Positions 1-64,000 of a DNA stretch of 64,000 nt are shown here, in pieces (positions within the stretch are counted from its first letter, which is position 1; the number at the start of each line of letters is the position of its first letter). Under the pieces are notes generated by a model that was not told the origin of the DNA, did no database searches, and worked only from the letters and a program-made list of their open reading frames with translations. A program made the translations under genes and the position numbers. Source of the stretch: the human T2T-CHM13v2.0 reference genome, Homo sapiens; NCBI RefSeq assembly GCF_009914755.1, contig NC_060930.1. The stretch is one strand, 5' to 3'.

Positions 1-495
1 ATGAGATAAAATCGGTTGGTTACCACCCCCAAATTAGCATATGCCAGCCTGCACAAAGGTAAATAGCAAAAACTTTAACTGCTCAATCTGAATTAACCAA
101 AGATTCCTTCTAGGAATCTTAAAAAAAAATAAGGGTACGAACACTCCAAGCACTTATTTTCAGATGCATCAACTGACATAAATTAAAAATGGTACAAACT
201 AATAATTGAACACCAGTAGCGTAACAAAATAGAATTTTCACTCTTTCTGCTTTCAGTCAAAGTGGTTTGCTCATGTTTGCTGAAATCAGAACTGAAACAA
301 TGAATAAAAAGAATAGATAAAAGTGGTTCTTCCATTAAAGTTCCATTCCCTGCCCTCAGCTGATGAGGGCACGAGAACTCAATGGAGCAGTTAGGGCAGA
401 CTCAAATCATCTCAGCTGGAAGCACTCTCCACTTAAACATACTCATCTGGCCCACCCTCATTTCAAATTTAGGCAAAAATGGCCTCCCTGAGGCT

Positions 496-10075
<9,580 letters not shown>

Positions 10076-10083
<8 letters not shown>

Positions 10084-10235
10084 CTTGCCGGTCCCGACCT
10101 CTCAGGATTGCTTCCGGGGTTACAGCGGCGTCCTCAGACCATAGAGTTCCGCAAAAGAAGAGAGTACATCCTCATGTTCCGGCGCTGGAACAACCATAGA
10201 GACATGATCCTGTGCTTTTTGGGGGCGGGACAGTT
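10076..10235 (-). promoter_or_regulatory. MRPS10 CpG-rich TATA-less promoter: YY1/TISU over the ATG (10076-10087), ETS/GABP CCGGAAG (10111-10117), second TTCCGG (10177-10182), GC box (10221-10230)
   Basis: Motifs read directly; elevated CpG over 9890-10265; arrangement typical of nuclear-encoded mitochondrial genes. Confidence 0.8.
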
Positions 10236-10345
10236 GGCTGGCCAGGCTGGTTTGGCTCCGGCCAGTGTCTGGATAGTTACCAAGCCCTATTAATGTTTTC
10301 ACCTTTAAATTGTTGTGTGTGTATACACACACACACACACACACA

Positions 10346-10678
10346 TTTATTTATTTACTTATTTTTTCCTTTTAGAGACTGAGTCTCACTCGGCTGCCCA
10401 GGCTGGAGTGCAGTGGCACAGTCATAGCTCACTGCAGCCTCAAACTCCTGCCTCAAGTGATCCTCCTGCCTCAGCCTCCCAAGTAGCTGGACTACAAGTG
10501 CGTGCCACCACAGCCGACTAATTTTTTGTTTTTTTTTTTAATTTTCTTGTAGAGACAGGGTCTCATTATATTGCTCTCGTTATTTTGTGGGCTGGTCTTG
10601 AATTCCTGTCCTCAAGTGATCCTCTGGCCTTGGCCTCCCAAAGGACTGAGATTACAGGCATGAACCACAAAGCCCGGA
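10346..10678 (-). mobile_element. Alu (AluJ-like), preceded by (AC)n at 10324-10344
   Basis: Reverse consensus. Confidence 0.88.
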
Positions 10679-11051
10679 CTGAAACTAGTGTATTGACACC
10701 ATTTACTTCAGTACTGGAATAATGGTTGATTTATTTTCCTATTTTTGCATTTTTCAATTTTTTTTGCATTTTTCAAAATTTTAACAAAATCTATATTTAA
10801 TAAGAAAAAGAAAAGTCGGCCACTACCATTGGGTCCAGTTGCCACTCAGTTACCTTATTGCAGCGGCTTTCTAATTATGGTTCTTAATCCTTTCTTCCTT
10901 CCCCACACCAGTTGGAATTCCTGTGCTCCAACCATTTTGTATACCGCTGTCCTACTGATCTTTCTAAATTATTCATTTCCTTATGTTACTCTAGTATTTA
11001 GGAATTTACAATGGCTAGCTTCACTTACAACAAGCCAAAGTGTTTTGTCTA

Positions 11052-11780
<729 letters not shown>

Positions 11781-11844
11781 TTATTTTTATTTTTCCTTTT
11801 ACTTTCTCCTCATCTTAAAGTCTGCTTCTATAATACTATATTGT

Positions 11845-12145
11845 CTTTTTTGTGTGTTTGTGTGAGACAGTGTCTCGCTCTGTTGCCCAGGCTGGAGAGC
11901 ACTGGCTTGATCATAGCCCACTGCAGCCTCAAACTCCTGGGGTTAAGTGATCCTCACACCACAGCCTCTGGAGTATCTAAAACTACAGGTGTTTGCGACC
12001 ATTTTTTATTTTATTTTTATTGTTTTGTAGAGACAGAGACTTGCTATGTTGCCCAGGCTGGTCTCAAACTCCTGGCTTCCAGCAATCCTCTCACCTTGGC
12101 CTCCCAAAGTGCTGGTTTTACAGGTATGAGCCACTGCACTTGGCC
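11845..12145 (-). mobile_element. Alu (AluJ-like)
   Basis: Reverse consensus. Confidence 0.88.
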
Positions 12146-12831
12146 CATTTGTTCACATTTCTAAGCTTTATTTCCCCAAAGTGCTTTCACATATGCATTT
12201 TAGCCTAATGGAAAACTCTAGCCTTATAATCAGATCTGGTTTCTAATCCCAGGCTTACCAGTTAGTTGAGTGACTTTGAGCAAGTTACTTCCTTACCCTC
12301 AGCCTCAGTTTGCTCATATGTCAAAAAAAAAAAAAAAAAAAGATAACAGTAGTTCCTGCTTCCAATAGTTGCTTGGGAATTCAATGCAATACCAATGTAT
12401 GGTGTTTAGTACAATACTGCCATGTAATGATACACTATAGATGTCATCCACTATTTGTGCCATTAAGTTTCTACCTCACCTGCCTCACAAGGTTGTTGAG
12501 AAGATTAAAAATAAAAAGATCAAGTTTATGAGAATATTTTATAGCATCCAAATAAAGAACTGTACAAATATAAAGTTGTTTTTTTTTCTCCCCACAAATA
12601 GTTATTACTACCCTATTTTGCAGGCAAGAGAACCAAAGAAGAGGCAGAATGATTTGCCCAACATCACACCTATCTAGGAGATAGAAAAGGTCTAGGAGCA
12701 GAAACCAGTTTTCCTGCCCCTCAGGCTGGCCTCTGTTTACTAGAATTCAGTCCGTGTTGAGGTGTGGCAGAGATTCCAGTGTGGCCTTGCAACAGGGTAT
12801 GGAAACAGCACACTTCACCTGTGTGCACTTC

Positions 12832-13127
<296 letters not shown>

Positions 13128-14281
13128 CTCACCTGTGTGCCCTTCTGCTGGACTCGGTGATGCCCCATGTTGGCAGGTTGCCCAGTGCCCTTCTCAGAAT
13201 CAGTCTCTCTCTCTCTGAATTGTGACACTTAAGGGGATTTCTCTCAGCCAATGGGGTTTTCCAACAGCCTCCCCACTCCCAACTCTGTTCCTGCTTCCAA
13301 AGTTTGCATCGGTTTGTCCAAATGGCACTTCCGTGAGGCCCTTCACCCTGCCTCTGTCCCCTTTGAGTAGCCTCAGCTGGGTGAGTGTTCTGCAACTATA
13401 GTGCTTGCAAACGACTTTCACCTAAGTTACCTACTCTGATCCACACCAGAAGACATGGATTTTATCCTCATTTTATAGATGAGGAACCCAAGGTGAAATG
13501 ACTCACTCAGGGTCATATGGTAAGTTAGTTACAGCTAAACCAATAACCATCTTAAAAGCAGTGCCTTTTCTACCTCTGCAGTGGGCTGGTGCTGATTCTA
13601 TGATGAGGTTCGGTTCTATTTAAATCTCTTGGATAATAGGACTAGAAATACCCACCACCCTAGCACCACTCCAAAAGAAATAGGGGCTTATTTTTAAAGA
13701 CCTGTGTGGTCTGGACAGCTCCTGGAACTGGAAAGGTATGCTTTAAACAGTCTTAGGGACTGGATACCCTCTTCACTCCTGAGGCCAAATGTGTTCTTTT
13801 TAATGATGGGCTTTCACTGCTTACCAATAGTTTCTGCTCCCTCAGGACTCTGCATGGCCACTGCTCTCTGCTTTTGGCTCATCAAGTTTCTCCATTCATA
13901 CTCTCAAATGTGGAAATTTGATTTGGTTCTCTCATCTTCCTGGGCTGAGCCAAATGTGTCACCACACGGCCTAGGGGCCTAATGGTTTGGGATCAAGTGC
14001 CGACTTGCTAGGGCCTAGGTAGAACTCATTGTAAGGGGCAACATCAGGTTTTGCCCAGAGTAGGGCTGTGAACAGTGCTCTTTGGCATGAGGTGTGGGCA
14101 GGGACAGCGTTCTGAAGCTTGGCCTATCCGTTAAGGGTCTCTTTCCTACAGCCTAAACTTCCAGACACCCAACCTCATGTAGAGGAGCAGGAGTCCAATG
14201 ATTCTAGATAGTTGATGCAAGTAAACCTTGCTTTATGTCCAGAAAAAATAAACATAGATACATCAAATATTTTACAGTTAA

Positions 14282-14750
<469 letters not shown>

Positions 14751-15372
14751 TAGGAATATATTATTCAATTTCTTAAAATGTCTTCCTAATTATGCTTTGC
14801 TGTGTCAACATGAACTCTCATCCACATTCCTAGAGCACATCTCAGCTCGCTGGCGGTGGCTGAGGATGGTAGATAGGGAGTAAATGGAATTCAGGATTTA
14901 CACACACATTCTCTCTCTGCCAAATGCACACATGGATGAGCATACCTGGAGGACTGGCGAGTTAACTCATTGAACAAATAGTTGCTGAGCACCCGCTATA
15001 AATTGCTGTGTACATGTGGGTGATGGTGAGAGGATTCCGAATATTGATAGGGCTCTTCTCAATCCTGGAATTGAATCTGTTCCAAGGCCCCCATATGTCT
15101 TTCTAGGTATTAAATTCCTTGGCAGGAAGGAATCATGTACAGCCATCTTTATACACTCTCCTCCCCCTGTATAATACAGTATGGAATAATGGTGGCTCAT
15201 GAGGATCGACTGACTGAATAAAAGTAGAAAAAAATCTTCCAATTAGGCCTCCAGAAGTAGACTTTAAATTTACAGCACTGGCTAAGGCACACAGTTTCTA
15301 GAGGAATAGCTATTTTATTTGGTATAGGTTGTCTAAAGTAAACAGCTAAAATTAAAGTCAAAAACCAAAAAA

Positions 15373-15812
<440 letters not shown>

Positions 15813-15992
15813 CAACAACAACCCCCCTTCCCCCCCCCGCCACCCTCCAAAAGAATCTAGATCAAGGTCTTGAATAGGCATTCCCCACTTAAAGCAAATT
15901 TATTTTTGTAAAATTCTGTAAACTTCTGTATGAAATCCAGAATTTGAAAGTTCTTCTATAGTTTTCTGTTGACCATGAAAAGTAAACATACA

Positions 15993-16776
<784 letters not shown>

Positions 16777-17169
16777 GTAAACTTACTTACTCAAATTTGG
16801 AAATTCAGATTTAAAATGCAAATAAATCGGGGTGGACTTAAGACTTTGTGGAGGATTTAGTGTAAGACACCTGTATGTCACAGTGTGCTCCCTTGAATCA
16901 CAGTTTGAGTCATAAGGTTTATGACTCAGTTTGAGTTTATGACACAGTTTGAGTCATAAGGTTTACGAACCCAAGTGGTTCATCCACTGCTTGAATAGCA
17001 GAAATGTATGTCCTGGTCTTCGGAGTCGGGGGACACTTTAATAATGATCATTAAATTTGATCAGCAGACTTAAACTTGTTGTCTACAGAAACCAATTAAC
17101 AGGTAAACTAGCATTTATCCAGCATTGAGAAGTCATAGCAATGGCTAGAAAGAAGAAATATTTAAGCCA

Positions 17170-20100
17170 AACGAAACGCAAAAGATTAATATTTTATTTT
17201 CAGAGCAGCTGATGCAATATTGAATCAGGTTTTCACAAATAAATATGACAGTGTCTGTTTGGTTACATCTCCATTTGATGAATGCCCATCTATAGGAACT
17301 GTAATAACTTTCTGAGAGGCTAATGATTAGAATGTGTTAAATAAAATTTCCCTGGTTCCCTTTTTGAAGAAGCATTGTGATAATTAAGAAAAAAAAAGCT
17401 TATCACTTGGAGGGGAAACAACCTAGAATGCCCCAGTTTCCTTTTTTTTTCTTTTTTTTTTTTTTTAAGGAATGCACCTTTTTAGGACAAGTCTATAAAA
17501 CATCTTTATTTATTTGTTACATATGATGTTTAAATATAACTTTGCTTTCAAGCTTCAAACTTTTTTTTAACCCCTGGTAAAATAAGACTTTTGGTTCACC
17601 TTAACAAAAACTGACCTAGGAAGAAACATTTTTAGCAAAATGTTATTATAAAATTCACTAGAAAATACGGTCCTCTTGTTGCCAAAATGTTACATAAAAT
17701 CCTTATTAAAAATACACACGTTACAAAAGAAAAATTATGAATATGCTATACATAGTGCTTTAATATGGACCAAGGGACTTGCATTCCGGGAAAATACAGT
17801 TAAGCACACTAGATATTATGATGTCAACTTATAATAGTGCAAACCTGAATAAATTACATCCTGATATGGAAGGCATGCAATTCATCTGCTGAGAATAGAA
17901 CATAACGAAGCCAGAACAGGAAGCAATCACAACCACTATTTAAAAATGTTTTCCTTTTTATTACATTAATTTTTTTCAAAAATACTTTTCTTTACAATAG
18001 AACTCCTAGAAAATATTTACAACCTTCCTCTAATAAAATATAACAGCAGTTAAATATATTTGAAAATAAGATGGGTTTTTCCATAAAATATATCTGTTAA
18101 CTTTTTATATACAAGCTTTCTCAAAGAGGTCTAAATTCACTAATGAAAAACCATCTGATAGTAAACAGTAACCGAGTTGAGACATTAACCATTAGGAAGA
18201 AAAGATCTTTGGGGTGGGGTAAGGGGAGAAGCTAAAACACAACACATACATGCAGGCAGAATTATTTCAGAAAAAAAAATAAGTGCAACATTGTACTAGG
18301 AAGTCCATTCTTTAAGTTGATAGTCAAGAAATACTAATTCAGGAATTTGAACTGTCTCGTTAAGGAGGAGTTCTTTGGTTGTTTCAAGTCAAAAATCCTT
18401 ATGCTATACTGCATGGAAAATTATAAGTAAGCTGTGCATTCTATTTTTGCCATGGCAACTGAGTTTATTTTTTAATGTTTAAAACTGGAACAGCTGGGCA
18501 AATCTCTAAACAGAGGCAATACATTTGCTTTATAAACACTTTTCTGGATGTTTGCTCCTTTGATAGATAAGCTTCCATAGACCCAATAGCAGCACCCTTC
18601 TAGGCTTACCCTCAGACACTAAGTGGAGGGCAGTAGTCCCTGGGAGAGACGATCAGCCAAGGATATGACAGCTGTAATGGTTCGGCCACAAAGTTGATGC
18701 ACACTGCCCAGGCAGTTCCTGACTCACAACTGCTTGGATAAAACAGGATAGCATAACCTTTCTGAAATGGCAGCAAATGAAACCTTTTTTTCCCCTCTAA
18801 ACAAAAGATGTAGGAAAACGCCAAGACCTCTTTGAAAATAGAATGATGGAAAAGAATTTTATTTTTTTTTCTGTCCATGGCTTTCCTGAAGTTCAGAGAC
18901 CACTGTCTGTGTGGGGCTGCTGTGGCTCACAGCCAGTTCCCCCCCATGAGTGTGTGCTAAATGCTTTTGCAGAGTCAAAGACGTCAGGTCCTACTCTCAT
19001 GCTTCTGCTGATATTCTCTCTCATGTCAAGCTATGAATGTTGTCAGCAAAGTGGCCCAGCGTGATAGGCACACCTACGTGGAGCTGGGAACCAGCATACC
19101 TGGGGTGGGCGATGCCTGAAAACACCGGCCCAGGAAATCACGCTGCATTAACTCCAAAAGGGGAGTTGCATGAAGCAGGATCCTCTCTGTACTGGCGCTG
19201 TGTCCCAGCCTGACTTTTGCCCTAACGGTGGGATGGGTCAGTCTGACTCAGCTCAGAAGCCTGGGGCTAAATGGCATTTTTGAAGGATTACAGGTTTATT
19301 ACCTTCAAGTACAAACAGCAACCCTGCTGACAGGGACAGGAGGAAGCAGAGCAAAGTCATGGAGGTTGGAGAAGTCTAGAAGTGCTTTGGTAAGTGACTT
19401 GTGATGAATACATTCATTGTTTGAATGCAAACATTATAGCTAAGGTGTATCTGAAGCCATTTTTGTTGGCCTTCAATGCTATTTGTCTTGTATTTGCTAT
19501 CGTATGTGTTAGAAAACTATTTCTTATAGCTAACATCAAGGTAAACTTCAGTCCAGCGGATGTGAATTACAGCAAAATCCCAGTGAATGCGGTTTCACAG
19601 TACTTCCAAGTGGCACAAAGTAATTTCAGAACTCCACTAATCATTAACAGCGTTGCAAAAAAGAATAGGCTTTTCTGATTTGTTTTTTGGGCAATAGAAC
19701 ACTTTCTGGCATTCTAGGTACTTCAATATGTGTCCTTCAATCACCCTGAAGTGAAAGCAGTCCTGGCAACTTAATATTTGCCTCCAGATGGGTCTCTAGT
19801 CAGTTCATGCTGAAACACAGCTCTGCCACCCACAACTTGGAGCTGACCAGCCCCCAGGGAACATGGAAGAGGACAGGACACACCTGTTCTAGAAAACCAG
19901 GTCCTCAGTAAACACTGCTGGGAATGAAAGCCTAAAATTATACAGTACTCCATTCCTGTGAACGGGCCAAAGGATGACGGGCAACACAGGGGAAACCTGT
20001 TTTCACATTTGGTCATCTCCTCACATGTCGTGTGAGCTGGAGGAGAGCCGTGTAACACGAGGGCTTGCTTTGCCCCTGGAAAGCTGCCCCTAGCATAGTA

Positions 20101-20587
20101 TCTCCAGGCAAAGATGCCATGCTCACTGCAAACTATGGAATGAGGTCAGAACAGAATCAAAGTAACGCTTGATGGGAAAAGTTGGCCCCAAGACCCCAGT
20201 ACTAAGAGGGTCGCCTGCGTCTCACACACACACACTCACAGCAAGCTTTGGGATAAAAGGCAACCGGGATGGTTGACATCTGAATGCAATGGAACATGAA
20301 GGTCAGCTTCAGTCCCTACTGGGAATGATTTCATGAGAAGGTAGCCCAGATGAAACACCTCTTAAAGATAGTTGTGCCAATTATTTATTCCCCCAACCCC
20401 CCACAAAAACAAATTTTTTTAAATAAAAGGAAAAGAAATAGGATTTTTTTTTCTAAACCTGAATAAAATGACCACTTTTAAAACAGGTAGTTTAAAAGGG
20501 TTACAAAACAAGCAGGCAGTCCAGGTTTCCTGATTAATGAAGATGGAGGCCGTGGGTTTTCACTGTCTCTAAGTGACACACAGGGCT
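17170..20587 (-). other. TRERF1: TRERF1 3'UTR (~3.4 kb)
   Basis: Alu-free AU-rich sequence between the stop codon and the distal AATAAA; further AATAAA at 17505, 17957, 18464, 19295, 20384. Confidence 0.75.
17193..17198 (-). terminator. Likely distal TRERF1 polyadenylation signal AATAAA
   Basis: tttatt on +; GU-rich tract TTTGCGTTTCGTTTGG just downstream on minus; ends a repeat-free AU-rich 3'UTR-like block. Confidence 0.7.
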
Positions 20588-61822
<41,235 letters not shown>

Positions 61823-62080
61823 GCTGTCTGCCTTGGTTGTGAACGTCCAGCCACAAAACCATAAAAAAGGTAAATAAAACAAACCCAAAAGGACTGAAAC
61901 CCTGAGAAGCTGAGAGAAAAGTGTCAGCACTACTCCACGGCTGACATGTCTGTGAACGTGGCTGGAGCCAGGTGTTCCTGTTGGCCTGTACCACTCATGT
62001 GCAGGGCGGGGGGTTTCACATCCTCTCCCTGGCTGAGGTATAGACCACACAGCACTGTGGTGAGGAGACGTCGCTCACAC
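61823..62080 (-). other. TRERF1: TRERF1 5'UTR part of the first coding exon
   Basis: Pyrimidine-rich acceptor ...cttgccttgcag|GTGTGA at 62081. Confidence 0.75.
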
Positions 62081-62174
62081 CTGCAAGGCAAGATGCAAAA
62101 GACAGGAAAGGATTTATTTGGATGTTTTGTGATGAGCAATTGATATCCACCATGACCAGTGATAAAAATAAACA

Positions 62175-62420
62175 TATAATCCCAGCTACCTGGGAGGCTG
62201 AGACATGAAGTTCATTTGAGACCAGCCTGGGCAACATAGGGAGATCCCGTCTCAAAAATGTTTTTAAATTAGCTGGGTGTGGTGGCATGCGCCTGTAGTC
62301 CCAGCTGCTCAGGAGGCTGAGGAAGGAGGATCACTTGGGACCAGAAGTTTAAGGCTGCACTGAGTTATGACTGCACCACTGCACTGCAGCCTAGGTGACA
62401 GCATAAAACCGCACCTCTCT
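62175..62420 (+). mobile_element. Degenerate AluJ-like element
   Basis: Partial consensus match. Confidence 0.8.
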
Positions 62421-62889
62421 CTCTCTCTGTGTGTGTGTATATATATATATGAAACAGGAGACTCGATTAGAAATAGCCAGTGTCATGCACTCCACACCCT
62501 TTTCACTGAGTCTGCAGATCTTAACTCTCACATGAGATGCAAACTCTCTTACTTTCAAGCCATTGTTCAATGGCTCAGTAGTTCATTGATTTGTTAATTC
62601 ATTGTTTTGTTCATTGATTAATTCATCCATTCTTCTGAGACCCTGCTATTGAAAGCCCAACACTATTCTAGGACCTGTGGGAAATATAAAGAAGTTTAAG
62701 ATATGCATTAATCAATTTATCTGTTCAACACATATTTATTAGACACCTATTAACTGTAAGGCACAATGCGGAGAAATGACTAAGACATAGGCCTGCTCTC
62801 AAGCATGTAGTTAGAAAAGGTGATGAGTCGCATAAATAATTACAAAGGGGAAAACGATGCATGTAATCAAAAGGTAAAAATAAGAGAAG

Positions 62890-63472
<583 letters not shown>

Positions 63473-64000
63473 CTAGAACTCATGGATGGCAGAGGTGCAA
63501 GCTGTCCTTTTAGGACTTCTCTTTCCTAATCACCCTCCTTTACGAAAAGAAGGGCAAACTTCTCATGTACTACACCAGGGAGAACGAAAAATGGAAACAC
63601 AATAAATGCTGATCCTTGTCTCATGCTAGTAATAAATAATATTCTTCCATGGATAATGAAATTGAAAATATAGCTCAGCACCAACAATATTTTATTTCTA
63701 GACCTGGATGGTAACTGCATGGTCATTCTCACTCTGCTGTAATTCAAGCTATGCACTATGACCTGGTCATATACATAAAGGTGTATATGTCGTATGTCAA
63801 TTAAAAAAAGTTTATTTTAAAAAGTCACCCCCCCCAAAAAAAGTTACCCAGTACCACCATTTCATTTAGAGATGCATTTTCAATATAATTTAACTATTTA
63901 TGTTTATAATTTATCCAAATTAGTAATACATTAAATGTTTTGATCAACTGTGTACTATTAATAATTGTGATAACTCAAACCAGAAGAACATTTTAATACT

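Overview
Primate, most likely human, genomic DNA recognisable as the 6p21.1 MRPS10-TRERF1 locus, with two minus-strand genes in tandem. (1) MRPS10 (mitoribosomal small-subunit protein uS10m): 7 coding exons from ATG 10083 to TAA 496, all GT-AG, which join to 201 aa. The promoter is CpG-rich, with ETS, GC-box and YY1/TISU elements, and the 3'UTR probably continues past the window start. (2) TRERF1 (TReP-132; Q-rich, 3 C2H2 fingers, ELM2-SANT corepressor scaffold): 14 coding exons from ATG 61822 to TAA 20588, which join to exactly 1200 aa. An alternative donor adds 20 aa and an alternative acceptor adds 12 aa inside zinc finger 2. The 3'UTR is about 3.4 kb and ends near AATAAA 17193-17198; upstream non-coding exons and the promoter lie outside the window. 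The rest is Alu-dense intronic or intergenic DNA with MIR, L2, L1ME, hAT MITEs, a MaLR solo LTR and microsatellites. I found no convincing wholly new gene or system. The best leads are regulatory or structural: stacked uORFs with a possible bypass acceptor in the TRERF1 leader, a Cys/His insert in ZF2, a MAPK-docking motif followed by an S/T-P cluster, a slippage-built AP-1 triplet, intronic NF-Y and CTCF/G4 elements, reused Alu target sites and a tight inverted-Alu hairpin. Repeat boundaries are approximate and subfamily names were judged by eye.
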